DNA of 64,000 nt from NCBI RefSeq assembly GCF_041886205.1, contig NZ_CP169029.1. One strand, 5' to 3'. This stretch comes from Escherichia coli (GTDB taxonomy: Bacteria; Pseudomonadota; Gammaproteobacteria; Enterobacterales; Enterobacteriaceae). The notes beneath the pieces were generated by a model. It made no database searches and was not told where the DNA came from. It was given only the letters and a program-made list of their open reading frames with translations. The position numbers were made by a program, and so were the translations under genes. Below, piece after piece: positions 1 to 12,111 of this stretch (positions within the stretch are counted from its first letter, which is position 1; each line of letters begins with the position of its first letter).

Positions 1-195
1 CGCTATTTGTAGCCCATTCAGTTGAGCATTGATAAGTTCAGCCTGACGCGGCGACATGTTATGCGTCGCCCACTGGCGTGGTGTAGCGATATACAACGCC
101 AGCACGCGTGCAGACGAATTGCGGCAGGCGGCAGCCAGTGCGAGATTATCGTGCAGACGTAAATCCTGGCGAAACCAGACCAGATGGGTAGTCAT
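1..195 (-). CDS. phr: deoxyribodipyrimidine photolyase, N-terminal part (gene continues beyond window start)
   Basis: Minus-strand ATG at 195 translates MTTHLVWFRQDLRLHDNLALAAACRNSSARVLALYI, recognised photolyase N-terminus; ATGA start/stop overlap with ybgA. Confidence 0.85.
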   Translation of the reverse strand, partial: MTTHLVWFRQDLRLHDNLALAAACRNSSARVLALYIATPRQWATHNMSPRQAELINAQLNGLQIA

Positions 196-701
196 AAAAC
201 TCCTGAATGGCGCAAGTTAATCACACGCGGCCAAAGTTCGAAATAACGCTGCCCTGAAAGCCAGGCGTCAGGATAAAGCGCCATATAGTGTTTGATACGC
301 ATCAGCGGCGCAAGAAGTGGTTGCTCGCCACGGCGATAACTGTCGATAAGCGCAGCCAGCTGCTGGCGTTCTGTGGAATCAATATGCGGGCGAAAATAAC
401 CCTGAACGTGCATCAAAACGTTGGTGTGGTCACGTCGGTTGGCGGGGTGAGAAAGCAAAACAACTACGCGTTGGCGGTACTGGTTGTAATAGTCATCCAG
501 ATTTTGCCACTGGTGAATATCAGCCACGAACGGGCCAAGTTTGCGGTACTCCGGCTGAGAATGCGCCAGAAAGACGAGTTTATAGCGGCTGTGATAATCG
601 AGAAGCGCCCCGCGCGTTAAGCCATGTTCTTTCAGTCGATGTAACTCATGAAGGGCAAAGATACGGATTAGGGTGCTGTCATCAAATCGTTGTAGATTCA
701 T
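192..701 (-). CDS. ybgA: DUF1722 family protein YbgA
   Basis: 169-aa reading frame from internal Met (MNLQRFDDSTLIRIF) of the 192-aa track ORF; immediately upstream of and overlapping phr. Confidence 0.8.
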   Translation of the reverse strand: MNLQRFDDSTLIRIFALHELHRLKEHGLTRGALLDYHSRYKLVFLAHSQPEYRKLGPFVADIHQWQNLDDYYNQYRQRVVVLLSHPANRRDHTNVLMHVQGYFRPHIDSTERQQLAALIDSYRRGEQPLLAPLMRIKHYMALYPDAWLSGQRYFELWPRVINLRHSGVL

Positions 702-744
702 TACTGCTCCTGAACGGTTTACAGGAGTAAGTGTAGACGGCGAA

Positions 745-780
745 AAGAAAAAAACCGCCAGCATCTCCACTAGCGGTTTT
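745..780 (-). terminator. rho-independent terminator downstream of ybfA
   Basis: Hairpin AAAACCGC-N14-GCGGTTTT with T-run on minus strand directly after ybfA stop. Confidence 0.5.
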
Positions 781-802
781 CAATGTATTCAAAACTCAGC
801 AA

Positions 803-1009
803 TCAATAAAAATCACCAGTTGCCTTTTCGGCCTGATCCATCCACACCGGTTTATCGCTGGTTTTCGACCAGACGCGATGCAGGTAGCTGTAAAAGCGGG
901 CGCGGTCTTTCCAGAAAAGCATGAAAGGCAGCGCCAGAACGCCCGCTGCAACCGCATAAGTACGGCGTAAAAAGATAAGCCATGCAGGATATTCTCTGTA
1001 GAGTTCCAT
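803..1009 (-). CDS. ybfA: small DUF2517 protein YbfA
   Basis: 68-aa [32 protein letters not shown]..., divergent from kdpFABC. Confidence 0.8.
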
Positions 1010-1217
1010 ACTTTTCTCCCCCTTTTGTATCTACCCGGTGAATGGCACCGGAAAAATGAATTTGTTTATCTGATGAAAATAGTACCGCCTTTTGTGTAAT
1101 TTTACTACTCATCCGACCACTTATTTTTGCTTATTGATGGTTTATTTACATTCATCCTGTAATTAAGTTACACAAAAGTTAAATTAATACTAAACATTAG
1201 TTAAATCATGGCTTTTG

Positions 1218-1250
1218 CCATTTTTATACTTTTTTTACACCCCGCCCGCA
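1218..1250 (+). promoter_or_regulatory. KdpE response-regulator binding site / kdpFABC promoter region
   Basis: Sequence CATTTTTATACTTTTTTTACACCCCGCCCG about 70-100 bp upstream of kdpF start, matches the T-rich KdpE box recalled for the kdpFABC promoter. Confidence 0.55.
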
Positions 1251-1321
1251 GATTTTTGCGAAATCTTTGCAGCCAGAATTCTACCCTTCCGGTATCACTT
1301 TTAGGCCACTGGAGGTGCACT

Positions 1322-1411
1322 GTGAGTGCAGGCGTGATAACCGGCGTATTGCTGGTGTTTTTATTACTGGGTTATCTGGTTTATGCCCTGATCAATGCGG
1401 AGGCGTTCTGA
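1322..1411 (+). CDS. kdpF: K+-transporting ATPase small subunit KdpF
   Basis: 29-aa frame from GTG: [28 protein letters not shown]; stop TGA overlaps kdpA ATG (ATGA). Confidence 0.8.
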
Positions 1412-3084
1412 TGGCTGCGCAAGGGTTCTTACTGATCGCCACGTTTTTACTGGTGTTAATGGTGCTGGCGCGTCCTTTAGGCAGCGGGCTGGCGCGGCTG
1501 ATTAATGACATTCCTCTTCCCGGTACAACGGGCGTTGAGCGCGTACTTTTTCGCGCACTTGGCGTCTCTGACCGTGAGATGAACTGGAAGCAATATCTCT
1601 GTGCCATTCTCGGCCTGAACATGCTGGGGCTGGCGGTGCTGTTTTTTATGTTGCTCGGTCAGCACTATCTGCCGCTTAATCCACAGCAGTTGCCGGGGCT
1701 GTCGTGGGATCTGGCGCTGAATACCGCCGTCAGCTTTGTCACGAATACCAACTGGCAATCTTACAGCGGTGAAACCACGTTGAGCTATTTCAGCCAGATG
1801 GCTGGCTTAACGGTGCAAAACTTTCTTTCTGCCGCCAGCGGGATTGCGGTGATTTTTGCCCTCATCCGTGCGTTTACCCGCCAGAGCATGAGCACACTCG
1901 GGAATGCCTGGGTCGATCTGCTACGCATCACGTTATGGGTGCTCGTCCCTGTGGCGTTGTTGATCGCACTGTTTTTTATTCAACAAGGTGCGCTGCAAAA
2001 CTTTCAGCCTTATCAGGCTGTGAATACCGTTGAAGGAGCGCAACAGCTGTTACCCATGGGGCCTGTAGCTTCTCAGGAAGCGATCAAGATGCTCGGTACT
2101 AACGGCGGTGGCTTCTTTAATGCCAACTCGTCGCATCCGTTTGAAAACCCAACCGCACTGACCAACTTCGTGCAGATGCTGGCGATCTTCTTGATCCCAA
2201 CGGCGCTGTGCTTTGCCTTTGGTGAAGTGACGGGCGATCGCCGCCAGGGGCGCATGTTGCTGTGGGCGATGTCAGTGATTTTTGTCATCTGCGTAGGCGT
2301 GGTGATGTGGGCAGAAGTTCAGGGTAATCCTCATCTGCTGGCGCTCGGCGCAGACAGCAGCATCAATATGGAAGGTAAAGAGAGCCGTTTCGGCGTGCTG
2401 GTCAGTAGCCTGTTTGCGGTCGTGACTACGGCGGCTTCCTGTGGCGCGGTGATTGCGATGCATGATTCGTTTACCGCTCTCGGTGGCATGGTGCCGATGT
2501 GGCTGATGCAAATTGGTGAAGTGGTGTTCGGCGGTGTCGGTTCTGGTCTTTACGGCATGATGCTGTTTGTCCTGCTGGCGGTGTTTATTGCCGGGCTGAT
2601 GATTGGTCGTACACCGGAATATCTGGGTAAAAAAATCGACGTACGTGAGATGAAACTGACTGCACTGGCGATTCTGGTCACCCCGACGCTGGTGCTGATG
2701 GGCGCGGCGCTGGCAATGATGACCGACGCCGGACGTAGCGCCATGCTCAACCCTGGCCCGCATGGTTTTAGCGAAGTGCTGTACGCCGTGTCATCCGCCG
2801 CTAACAACAACGGCAGCGCCTTTGCCGGATTAAGCGCCAACTCTCCGTTCTGGAACTGTTTACTGGCGTTCTGCATGTTTGTCGGTCGCTTCGGGGTGAT
2901 TATCCCGGTGATGGCAATTGCCGGTTCGCTGGTGAGTAAAAAGAGCCAACCCGCCAGCTCCGGCACGCTGCCAACGCACGGCCCGCTGTTTGTTGGCCTG
3001 TTAATCGGCACCGTGTTGCTGGTTGGCGCACTGACCTTTATCCCTGCCCTGGCGCTTGGTCCGGTGGCGGAATATCTCTCCTGA
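1411..3084 (+). CDS. kdpA: K+-transporting ATPase subunit A
   Basis: 557-aa frame from [14 protein letters not shown] within track ORF 1267..3084; polytopic membrane protein. Confidence 0.95.
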   Translation: MAAQGFLLIATFLLVLMVLARPLGSGLARLINDIPLPGTTGVERVLFRALGVSDREMNWKQYLCAILGLNMLGLAVLFFMLLGQHYLPLNPQQLPGLSWDLALNTAVSFVTNTNWQSYSGETTLSYFSQMAGLTVQNFLSAASGIAVIFALIRAFTRQSMSTLGNAWVDLLRITLWVLVPVALLIALFFIQQGALQNFQPYQAVNTVEGAQQLLPMGPVASQEAIKMLGTNGGGFFNANSSHPFENPTALTNFVQMLAIFLIPTALCFAFGEVTGDRRQGRMLLWAMSVIFVICVGVVMWAEVQGNPHLLALGADSSINMEGKESRFGVLVSSLFAVVTTAASCGAVIAMHDSFTALGGMVPMWLMQIGEVVFGGVGSGLYGMMLFVLLAVFIAGLMIGRTPEYLGKKIDVREMKLTALAILVTPTLVLMGAALAMMTDAGRSAMLNPGPHGFSEVLYAVSSAANNNGSAFAGLSANSPFWNCLLAFCMFVGRFGVIIPVMAIAGSLVSKKSQPASSGTLPTHGPLFVGLLIGTVLLVGALTFIPALALGPVAEYLS

Positions 3085-3106
3085 TGATATTGAGTGAGCA
3101 CTGAAT

Positions 3107-5155
3107 ATGAGTCGTAAACAACTGGCGCTATTCGAACCAACACTTGTCGTTCAGGCGCTGAAAGAAGCGGTGAAAAAATTAAACCCGCAGGCGCAATGGC
3201 GCAATCCGGTGATGTTTATCGTCTGGATCGGCAGTCTGCTGACCACCTGTATTAGCATCGCGATGGCAAGCGGTGCGATGCCCGGCAATGCGCTGTTTAG
3301 CGCGGCCATTAGCGGTTGGCTGTGGATCACCGTACTGTTCGCTAATTTCGCCGAGGCGCTGGCAGAAGGCCGCAGTAAAGCGCAGGCCAACAGTCTTAAA
3401 GGGGTGAAAAAAACTGCCTTTGCCCGCAAGCTGCGTGAGCCGAAATATGGCGCTGCGGCGGACAAAGTTCCTGCCGATCAACTGCGTAAAGGTGACATCG
3501 TGCTGGTAGAAGCTGGCGATATTATCCCCTGCGATGGTGAAGTCATTGAAGGCGGCGCATCGGTCGATGAAAGCGCCATCACCGGGGAATCGGCACCGGT
3601 GATCCGTGAATCCGGCGGCGATTTTGCCTCCGTCACCGGCGGTACGCGTATTCTTTCTGACTGGCTGGTGATTGAGTGTAGCGTTAACCCCGGAGAGACA
3701 TTTCTGGATCGGATGATCGCGATGGTGGAAGGCGCGCAGCGACGTAAAACGCCGAACGAGATTGCCCTGACCATCCTGCTGATTGCCCTGACTATCGTCT
3801 TTTTACTGGCAACCGCCACGCTGTGGCCGTTTTCCGCGTGGGGCGGTAATGCAGTCAGCGTAACGGTACTGGTGGCGCTGCTGGTCTGTCTGATCCCAAC
3901 CACTATTGGCGGCCTGTTGTCAGCGATCGGCGTCGCCGGGATGAGTCGGATGCTGGGCGCAAATGTGATTGCCACCAGCGGACGTGCAGTTGAAGCGGCA
4001 GGTGACGTTGACGTTCTGCTTCTGGATAAAACCGGCACCATCACACTCGGTAACCGTCAGGCGTCGGCGTTTATCCCCACGCAGGGCGTGGATGAAAAAA
4101 CGCTGGCTGACGCCGCACAACTGGCTTCGCTGGCTGATGAAACGCCGGAAGGCCGCAGTATTGTGATCCTCGCCAAGCAACGTTTTAACCTGCGCGAGCG
4201 CGATGTGCAGTCGCTCCATGCCACCTTTGTACCGTTTACTGCGCAAAGCCGGATGAGCGGGATCAACATCGACAACCGCATGATCCGTAAAGGTTCTGTC
4301 GATGCCATTCGTCGCCATGTTGAGGCTAACGGTGGTCACTTCCCTACCGATGTTGATCAAAAAGTCGATCAGGTTGCGCGTCAGGGAGCCACGCCGCTGG
4401 TGGTGGTGGAAGGTTCTCGTGTGCTGGGCGTTATTGCGCTGAAAGATATCGTCAAAGGCGGTATTAAAGAGCGCTTCGCCCAGCTGCGCAAAATGGGCAT
4501 TAAAACGGTGATGATTACCGGCGATAACCGTCTGACTGCCGCCGCGATTGCTGCGGAAGCGGGTGTCGATGATTTTCTCGCCGAAGCGACACCGGAGGCC
4601 AAGCTGGCATTGATCCGTCAGTATCAGGCGGAAGGTCGTTTGGTAGCGATGACCGGCGACGGCACCAACGATGCTCCGGCGCTGGCGCAGGCAGATGTCG
4701 CGGTGGCGATGAACTCCGGCACCCAGGCGGCGAAAGAGGCGGGCAATATGGTCGATCTCGACTCTAACCCGACCAAGTTGATCGAGGTGGTGCACATTGG
4801 CAAACAGATGCTGATGACCCGTGGCTCGCTGACCACCTTCAGCATTGCCAACGATGTGGCGAAATACTTCGCCATTATTCCGGCGGCATTCGCGGCAACG
4901 TATCCACAGTTAAATGCGCTGAACATCATGCGCCTGCATTCGCCCGACTCCGCCATTCTCAGTGCGGTGATTTTCAACGCCTTGATTATCGTCTTTTTGA
5001 TTCCCCTGGCGTTAAAAGGCGTGAGTTATAAACCGCTTACCGCTTCTGCCATGTTGCGCCGTAACTTATGGGTTTACGGTCTGGGTGGGCTGCTGGTGCC
5101 GTTTATTGGTATCAAAGTCATTGATTTACTGCTGACCGTTTGCGGTCTGGTGTGA
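3107..5155 (+). CDS. kdpB: K+-transporting P-type ATPase subunit B
   Basis: 682-aa ORF with P-type ATPase motifs ([19 protein letters not shown]). Confidence 0.97.
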   Translation: MSRKQLALFEPTLVVQALKEAVKKLNPQAQWRNPVMFIVWIGSLLTTCISIAMASGAMPGNALFSAAISGWLWITVLFANFAEALAEGRSKAQANSLKGVKKTAFARKLREPKYGAAADKVPADQLRKGDIVLVEAGDIIPCDGEVIEGGASVDESAITGESAPVIRESGGDFASVTGGTRILSDWLVIECSVNPGETFLDRMIAMVEGAQRRKTPNEIALTILLIALTIVFLLATATLWPFSAWGGNAVSVTVLVALLVCLIPTTIGGLLSAIGVAGMSRMLGANVIATSGRAVEAAGDVDVLLLDKTGTITLGNRQASAFIPTQGVDEKTLADAAQLASLADETPEGRSIVILAKQRFNLRERDVQSLHATFVPFTAQSRMSGINIDNRMIRKGSVDAIRRHVEANGGHFPTDVDQKVDQVARQGATPLVVVEGSRVLGVIALKDIVKGGIKERFAQLRKMGIKTVMITGDNRLTAAAIAAEAGVDDFLAEATPEAKLALIRQYQAEGRLVAMTGDGTNDAPALAQADVAVAMNSGTQAAKEAGNMVDLDSNPTKLIEVVHIGKQMLMTRGSLTTFSIANDVAKYFAIIPAAFAATYPQLNALNIMRLHSPDSAILSAVIFNALIIVFLIPLALKGVSYKPLTASAMLRRNLWVYGLGGLLVPFIGIKVIDLLLTVCGLV

Positions 5156-5163
5156 GGTTTACC

Positions 5164-5736
5164 ATGCGTGGATTACGTCCGGCATTATCGACATTTATCT
5201 TTCTGTTATTGATTACTGGCGGCGTTTACCCGCTGCTGACCACCGTGCTGGGGCAATGGTGGTTTCCCTGGCAGGCCAATGGTTCGTTGATTCGTGAAGG
5301 TGATACGGTGCGCGGTTCGGCATTAATCGGGCAGAATTTTACCGGCAACGGCTATTTTCATGGTCGCCCGTCGGCAACGGCAGAAATGCCCTATAATCCA
5401 CAGGCTTCTGGCGGGAGCAATCTGGCGGTCAGTAACCCTGAGCTGGATAAACTAATAGCCGCACGCGTTGCTGCATTACGGGCCGCTAACCCGGATGCCA
5501 GCACGAGCGTTCCGGTTGAACTGGTGACGGCATCGGCAAGCGGGCTGGACAACAATATCACCCCGCAAGCGGCGGTCTGGCAAATCCCACGCGTGGCGAA
5601 AGCGCGTAATCTCAGCGTTGAACAGCTCACGCAACTGATCGCAAAATACAGCCAACAACCGCTGGTGAAATATATCGGCCAGCCGGTCGTCAACATTGTT
5701 GAACTCAATCTGGCGCTGGATAAACTTGATGAATAA
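5164..5736 (+). CDS. kdpC: K+-transporting ATPase subunit C
   Basis: 190-aa frame from [20 protein letters not shown]; track ORF begins 24 nt upstream at a TTG. Confidence 0.9.
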   Translation: MRGLRPALSTFIFLLLITGGVYPLLTTVLGQWWFPWQANGSLIREGDTVRGSALIGQNFTGNGYFHGRPSATAEMPYNPQASGGSNLAVSNPELDKLIAARVAALRAANPDASTSVPVELVTASASGLDNNITPQAAVWQIPRVAKARNLSVEQLTQLIAKYSQQPLVKYIGQPVVNIVELNLALDKLDE

Positions 5737-8413
5737 CGAACCCTTACGTCCCGACCCCGATCGTCTGCTGGAACAAACTGCCGCGCCGCATCGGGGGAAG
5801 CTGAAAGTTTTCTTCGGTGCCTGTGCAGGCGTCGGGAAGACCTGGGCGATGCTGGCAGAAGCCCAGCGACTGCGGGCGCAAGGGCTGGATATTGTGGTTG
5901 GCGTGGTAGAAACCCATGGGCGGAAAGATACCGCCGCCATGCTTGAAGGGCTGGCTGTTCTGCCGCCCAAACGCCAGGCGTACCGTGGGCGGCATATCAG
6001 CGAGTTTGATCTCGATGCCGCCCTCGCCCGCCGTCCGGCGCTGATCTTAATGGACGAACTGGCGCACAGTAATGCGCCAGGTTCTCGTCATCCTAAACGC
6101 TGGCAGGATATCGAAGAACTGCTGGAAGCTGGCATTGATGTTTTCACAACCGTCAACGTTCAGCATCTGGAAAGTCTGAATGATGTGGTCAGCGGCGTCA
6201 CCGGAATTCAGGTACGGGAAACCGTGCCCGATCCTTTTTTCGATGCCGCCGACGACGTAGTGCTGGTGGACTTGCCCCCGGACGATCTGCGCCAGCGGCT
6301 GAAAGAAGGCAAAGTCTATATTGCCGGGCAGGCGGAGCGCGCCATTGAACATTTTTTCCGCAAAGGCAATCTGATCGCCCTGCGTGAACTGGCACTGCGC
6401 CGTACTGCCGATCGCGTAGATGAGCAAATGCGCGCCTGGCGGGGGCATCCTGGTGAAGAGAAAGTGTGGCACACGCGCGACGCGATCCTTTTATGCATCG
6501 GGCATAACACCGGCAGTGAGAAACTGGTCCGCGCGGCGGCGCGGTTGGCCTCGCGCCTGGGTAGCGTCTGGCACGCGGTGTATGTTGAAACCCCTGCCCT
6601 GCATCGCTTACCGGAAAAAAAACGTCGGGCAATTCTCAGCGCCTTACGTCTGGCGCAGGAGCTGGGCGCGGAGACGGCAACACTTTCTGATCCAGCGGAA
6701 GAGAAAGCGGTAGTCCGTTATGCCCGTGAACATAATCTCGGCAAGATTATTCTCGGTCGCCCAGCCTCGCGCCGCTGGTGGCGTCGGGAAACGTTTGCTG
6801 ACCGACTGGCGCGCATCGCCCCCGATCTCGATCAGGTGCTGGTCGCGCTTGATGAACCACCCGCCCGCACGATTAACAACGCGCCGGATAGCCGCTCTTT
6901 TAAAGACAAGTGGCGGGTACAGATTCAGGGATGCGTGGTTGCCGCCGCGTTATGCGCCGTTATCACCTTAATTGCCATGCAGTGGCTGATGGCGTTTGAT
7001 GCCGCCAACCTGGTGATGCTGTATCTGCTTGGCGTGGTGGTAGTGGCGCTATTTTATGGACGCTGGCCTTCGGTGGTTGCTACCGTCATTAATGTGGTGA
7101 GTTTCGATCTCTTTTTTATCGCCCCACGCGGCACGCTCGCCGTCTCTGATGTGCAATATCTGCTGACCTTCGCGGTGATGTTAACCGTCGGGCTGGTGAT
7201 CGGGAACCTTACTGCTGGCGTGCGTTATCAGGCGCGGGTAGCCCGTTACCGCGAGCAACGCACACGGCACTTATATGAAATGTCGAAAGCTCTGGCGGTG
7301 GGCCGCAGTCCGCAGGACATCGCCGCCACCAGCGAACAATTTATTGCCTCCACGTTTCATGCCCGCAGTCAGGTGTTGTTGCCCGATGACAACGGTAAAT
7401 TGCAGCCGTTAACACATCCGCAAGGAATGACGCCGTGGGACGATGCCATCGCGCAGTGGAGTTTTGATAAAGGCCTGCCTGCGGGTGCGGGCACCGACAC
7501 GTTACCCGGTGTACCGTACCAAATTTTGCCGTTAAAAAGCGGCGAGAAAACCTACGGACTGGTGGTGGTGGAACCGGGGAATCTGCGTCAGTTGATGATC
7601 CCGGAGCAGCAGCGCCTGCTGGAGACGTTTACGCTGTTAGTCGCCAATGCGCTTGAGCGGCTGACGCTGACCGCCAGCGAAGAACAGGCGCGGATGGCAA
7701 GCGAACGTGAACAGATCCGCAACGCCCTGCTGGCGGCGCTTTCGCATGATTTACGCACTCCGCTTACGGTGCTGTTTGGTCAGGCAGAAATCTTAACGCT
7801 CGATCTGGCAAGCGAAGGATCACCCCACGCCCGCCAGGCCAGCGAGATTCGTCAGCATGTGCTGAACACTACCCGACTGGTGAATAATCTACTGGATATG
7901 GCGCGAATTCAGTCCGGCGGCTTTAATTTGAAGAAAGAGTGGTTAACGCTGGAAGAAGTAGTCGGCAGCGCGCTGCAAATGCTGGAACCGGGTTTATCGT
8001 CGCCCATCAATCTTTCTCTGCCAGAACCGCTGACCTTAATCCACGTTGACGGGCCACTCTTTGAACGGGTGCTGATTAATCTGCTGGAGAACGCGGTGAA
8101 ATATGCGGGTGCGCAGGCCGAAATTGGTATCGATGCCCACGTTGAGGGCGAAAATCTACAACTGGATGTCTGGGATAACGGGCCCGGTCTTCCGCCAGGC
8201 CAGGAGCAGACGATATTTGATAAGTTTGCTCGCGGGAATAAAGAGTCGGCAGTACCGGGGGTAGGGCTTGGACTGGCAATTTGTCGGGCGATAGTGGATG
8301 TACACGGGGGCACTATTACCGCGTTCAACCGACCGGAAGGTGGTGCCTGTTTTCGTGTTACACTTCCCCAGCAAACTGCCCCTGAACTTGAAGAATTTCA
8401 TGAGGATATGTGA
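5729..8413 (+). CDS. kdpD: sensor histidine kinase KdpD
   Basis: 894-aa frame from [16 protein letters not shown]; HisKA/HATPase region ([10 protein letters not shown] ... [11 protein letters not shown]); overlaps kdpC end by 8 nt. Confidence 0.95.
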   Translation: MNNEPLRPDPDRLLEQTAAPHRGKLKVFFGACAGVGKTWAMLAEAQRLRAQGLDIVVGVVETHGRKDTAAMLEGLAVLPPKRQAYRGRHISEFDLDAALARRPALILMDELAHSNAPGSRHPKRWQDIEELLEAGIDVFTTVNVQHLESLNDVVSGVTGIQVRETVPDPFFDAADDVVLVDLPPDDLRQRLKEGKVYIAGQAERAIEHFFRKGNLIALRELALRRTADRVDEQMRAWRGHPGEEKVWHTRDAILLCIGHNTGSEKLVRAAARLASRLGSVWHAVYVETPALHRLPEKKRRAILSALRLAQELGAETATLSDPAEEKAVVRYAREHNLGKIILGRPASRRWWRRETFADRLARIAPDLDQVLVALDEPPARTINNAPDSRSFKDKWRVQIQGCVVAAALCAVITLIAMQWLMAFDAANLVMLYLLGVVVVALFYGRWPSVVATVINVVSFDLFFIAPRGTLAVSDVQYLLTFAVMLTVGLVIGNLTAGVRYQARVARYREQRTRHLYEMSKALAVGRSPQDIAATSEQFIASTFHARSQVLLPDDNGKLQPLTHPQGMTPWDDAIAQWSFDKGLPAGAGTDTLPGVPYQILPLKSGEKTYGLVVVEPGNLRQLMIPEQQRLLETFTLLVANALERLTLTASEEQARMASEREQIRNALLAALSHDLRTPLTVLFGQAEILTLDLASEGSPHARQASEIRQHVLNTTRLVNNLLDMARIQSGGFNLKKEWLTLEEVVGSALQMLEPGLSSPINLSLPEPLTLIHVDGPLFERVLINLLENAVKYAGAQAEIGIDAHVEGENLQLDVWDNGPGLPPGQEQTIFDKFARGNKESAVPGVGLGLAICRAIVDVHGGTITAFNRPEGGACFRVTLPQQTAPELEEFHEDM

Positions 8414-9087
8414 CAAACGTTCTGATTGTTGAAGATGAACAGGCTATTCGTCGCTTTCTGCGCACGGCGCTGGAGGGCGACGGTATGCGCGTCTTTGAGG
8501 CCGAAACGCTGCAACGCGGCTTGCTGGAAGCGGCAACCCGTAAGCCAGATTTGATTATTCTCGATCTCGGCCTGCCCGATGGTGATGGGATTGAGTTTAT
8601 CCGCGACCTGCGCCAGTGGAGCGCGGTGCCGGTGATAGTGCTTTCCGCACGCAGCGAAGAGAGCGACAAAATCGCCGCGCTGGATGCCGGAGCGGATGAT
8701 TATCTGAGTAAGCCGTTTGGCATTGGCGAATTGCAGGCCCGTCTGCGCGTCGCATTACGCCGCCATTCAGCCACTGCCGCGCCCGATCCGGTAGTGAAAT
8801 TTTCCGATGTTACCGTCGATTTAGCCGCCCGCGTGATTCACCGGGGTGAGGAAGAGGTGCATCTCACCCCGATTGAATTCCGCCTGCTGGCGGTGCTGCT
8901 CAACAATGCCGGAAAAGTGCTCACCCAGCGCCAGCTTCTTAACCAGGTGTGGGGGCCAAACGCGGTCGAACACAGTCATTATTTGCGTATTTATATGGGA
9001 CATCTGCGACAAAAACTGGAACAGGATCCCGCTCGCCCCCGCCATTTCATTACTGAAACCGGTATTGGGTATCGGTTTATGCTTTAG
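8410..9087 (+). CDS. kdpE: response regulator KdpE
   Basis: 225-aa ORF, GTG start overlapping kdpD stop; receiver plus winged-helix OmpR-type. Confidence 0.95.
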   Translation: MTNVLIVEDEQAIRRFLRTALEGDGMRVFEAETLQRGLLEAATRKPDLIILDLGLPDGDGIEFIRDLRQWSAVPVIVLSARSEESDKIAALDAGADDYLSKPFGIGELQARLRVALRRHSATAAPDPVVKFSDVTVDLAARVIHRGEEEVHLTPIEFRLLAVLLNNAGKVLTQRQLLNQVWGPNAVEHSHYLRIYMGHLRQKLEQDPARPRHFITETGIGYRFML

Positions 9088-9097
9088 GCGGTTGAAT

Positions 9098-9185
9098 TAC
9101 CGGATGCGGCGTATACGCTTTATATGGCCTACGTAATGCTCCCGTAGGCATGATAAAACGCGCTAGCGTCGCATCAGGCATTGGC
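9098..9185. repeat. REP/BIME palindromic units
   Basis: CCGGATGCGGCGT... and GCGTCGCATCAGGC motifs typical of E. coli REP. Confidence 0.7.
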
Positions 9186-9201
9186 ACTCATATCGAAATG
9201 T

Positions 9202-9696
9202 TTAATGCGTATTTATCGCTTTCAACTCTTGCTGGCATTTTTCTGACTGACAGCGTCGCAACTCAATAATCCCGACATGCATCATCGAGCCAAAAAATCC
9301 GCTTTCGCTGACATAATCATCATTAACTATCGGTCGAGTGCCGGGCTTACCCTGGCAAATCCTCATAAAAAATGAGGTGTAGCACTGCCAGCCGAGATTT
9401 AAACTGGTCTTTTCTTGTGCTGACATATCGTGAAGATAAGTATGTTCTTTTTCGTTCCCGCCTGACAACTGCCAACGTCGGGTATTATCAGGTAAGTTAT
9501 CGCCAAGGCAATTTGTCTTACACCGGGAAGGCGCAATATTTACTGCAATGCTACCCGTTAATCCTCTGTTTTTATCTTTAGGGGTCAGTAACCAGTCACC
9601 AGCCAATGATGATTGTTCAGGTTGGGCGCATGCAGTCAGCAGTAATGTGGCGGTAATTAGTGACACTCTGACGACCAGACTCCCGTTGGTCTTCAT
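9202..9696 (-). CDS. ybfP: lipoprotein YbfP
   Basis: 164-aa ORF with signal peptide and lipobox (LLLTAC). Confidence 0.75.
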   Translation of the reverse strand: MKTNGSLVVRVSLITATLLLTACAQPEQSSLAGDWLLTPKDKNRGLTGSIAVNIAPSRCKTNCLGDNLPDNTRRWQLSGGNEKEHTYLHDMSAQEKTSLNLGWQCYTSFFMRICQGKPGTRPIVNDDYVSESGFFGSMMHVGIIELRRCQSEKCQQELKAINTH

Positions 9697-9746
9697 TGGG
9701 ATTTCCTTGAGCTATTCAGTTTGTTGACACAGTGTTCGTTGTTTTT

Positions 9747-9845
9747 GCCGGATGCGGCGTGAACGCCTTATCCGGCCTACAAAATCGCGCAAATTCAATA
9801 TATTGCACCATCTTTGTAGGCCTGATAAGCGTAGCGCATCAGGCA
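9747..9845. repeat. REP/BIME palindromic units
   Basis: GCCGGATGCGGCGTGAACGCCTTATCCGGCCTAC ... GCCTGATAAGCGTAGCGCATCAGGC. Confidence 0.75.
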
Positions 9846-9852
9846 GTCATAA

Positions 9853-9886
9853 GTAAAAAAGGGCGATCTTCCGACCGCCCTTTTTC
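9853..9886 (-). terminator. rho-independent terminator after pgm
   Basis: AAAAAGGGCG-loop-CGCCCTTTTT hairpin immediately 3' of pgm stop. Confidence 0.6.
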
Positions 9887-9899
9887 TTATTTAATGTGT

Positions 9900-11540
9900 T
9901 TACGCGTTTTTCAGAACTTCGCTAACAATCTCAACCGCTTCTTTCTCGATCTGCTTGCGATGTTCTTCCCCGAGGAAGCTTTCGCAGTAGATCTTATATG
10001 CGTCTTCCGTGCCTGACGGACGCGCGGCGAACCAGCCGTTGTCAGTCATCACTTTCAGGCCGCCGATAGAAGCACCGTTGCCCGGTGCCGCCGTCAGGCG
10101 CGCGGTGATTGGGTCGCCTGCCAGGGTGCTGGCGCTCACCATTTCCGGAGACAGCTTAGACAGCGCCGCTTTTTGTGCGGAAGTCGCAGCTGCCTGCAAA
10201 CGGTTGTAGCTCGGCGCACCAAAGCGTTTTGCCAGTTCGTTGTAGTGTTCCTGCGGGTTCTTACCGGTGACCGCGGTGATTTCCGCCGCCAGCAGACACA
10301 TAATGATGCCGTCTTTATCGGTGGACCACGGCGTGCCGTCGAAACGCAGGAAGGAAGCCCCTGCGCTCTCTTCGCCGCCAAAGCCGAAGCTACCGTCGAA
10401 CAGACCATCAACAAACCATTTGAAACCTACCGGTACTTCTACCAGCTTACGGCCCAAGTCATTGACCACACGGTCGATCATCGCAGAAGAAACCAGCGTT
10501 TTACCGACGGCAACATCTTTGCCCCACTGCGGACGATGCTGGAACAGGTAATTGATCGCCACCGCCAGGTAGTGGTTCGGATTCATCAAACCTGCCGGAG
10601 TGACGATACCGTGACGGTCATAATCCGGGTCGTTAGCAAACGCCAGATCGAACTTATCACGCAGTGCCAGCAGGCCCGCCATCGCACACTCGGAGGAGCA
10701 GTCCATACGGATCGCGCCGTCTTTATCAAGGTGCATAAAGCGGAAGGTTTGATCGACCTGATCGTTAACGATAGTCAGGTTGAGGTTGTAATACTCGCCA
10801 ATACGCTTCCAGTATTCGATACCGGAACCGCCCAGCGGATCAACGCCAAGCGTCAGGCCCGCTTTCTGAATCGCCGCCATATCAACGATATCGGCCAGCC
10901 CTTCCACGAACGGCTGCACCAGATCCTGCTCTTTCACATGACCGGATGCCATCGCTTCGTCGAGAGAGATACGCTTCACGCCTTTCAGGCCATCGGCCAG
11001 CAGTGCGTTGGCCCTGTCTTCCACCACTTTGGTGACGTTGGTATCAGCCGGGCCACCATTTGGCGGGTTGTACTTGATACCACCATCTTCCGGCGGGTTA
11101 TGGGACGGTGTAATCACGATACCGTCTGCCAGCGGGCCACCTTTTTTATTGTGAACCAGGATGGCATTGGAAACGGCAGGCGTCGGGGTGAAGCCATTGT
11201 TTTCCTGCACAATGACATCAACGCCGTTCGCTGCCAGCACTTCCAGTACGGAAATGAACGCAGGCTCGGACAGGGCGTGAGTATCTTTACCCACATAGCA
11301 AGGGCCAGTGATGCCGTTTTTCGCACGTTCTTCAGCAATTGCCTGAGCGATCGCCAGAATGTGCGGCTCGTTAAAGCTGTGGCGCGCTGCACTGCCACGG
11401 TGACCGGAAGTACCGAATTTCACCGCATGCTCCGCATTCCCTGCTTCTGGTTTCAGTACATAATATTGCGCCGTCAGTTGGGCGACGTTAATCAAATCAC
11501 TCTGTTGTGCAGGTTGGCCTGCACGATTGTGGATTGCCAT
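9900..11540 (-). CDS. pgm: phosphoglucomutase
   Basis: 546-aa frame from [22 protein letters not shown]; active-site TPSHNP motif. Confidence 0.97.
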
Positions 11541-11565
11541 TGCTTTGTCCTTTGTCTGCAACGTT

Positions 11566-12111
11566 TTAGATAGTTCCGCAAACCTTCTCAATCAATTCCG
11601 CCGGGAATTGCATCGACTGCATGATGTGTTCGATCATGCTGCATTTACGGCCGGTGTTGGTGTTGGTGATCACCCAATACGGCGTGCCTGGCACATGTTT
11701 CGGCTTGGTCTGATTACCATTTTTCAGCAGCGTTTGTTCATCTGCCGCAAAGTAAACGCGCGTACGACCGTGCAACGATTCCGTTGCTTCGGCAAACGCC
11801 TGGGCGTCAAGAGAATATAGTGTAGACAACAGCAGCATAAAGCGATTGACCGCTCGCTTTTGCTCTGCGTATTCATCCGAAAGCAGAAGTTCACGCATTG
11901 CGCGAACCTTGTCTTTAATCGTTTTGACCGGCTTCGCTTCGACGATAGCAGGTGACGCAACGCGAACCTCTTTCGTCACCGGAGCAGCAGGCTGTGATGC
12001 GGCGGAAAATTTCAACATACGCCGTAAAATGTCGGATGCGCTCTCGCCGATATGCTTAGTGTGGCTGGCAATATAGCTGTAGAGTTCATCATCAACTTCA
12101 ATCGTTTTCAT
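11566..12111 (-). CDS. seqA: replication initiation negative regulator SeqA
   Basis: 181-aa frame from [33 protein letters not shown] within larger track ORF; upstream of pgm. Confidence 0.95.

Noticed and set aside
10173-11573. 466-aa ORF on the plus strand opposite pgm; similar long antisense ORFs opposite leuS (49891..51570, 559 aa), nagE (19982..20908), kdpB (3920..4795), chiP (15193..15972) and mrdA (56541..57206)
   Set aside because: Each lies entirely within a well-supported gene on the other strand. Their translations are low-complexity and Arg/His/Gln-rich with no recognisable domain, as expected for chance stop-free frames antisense to codon-biased genes.
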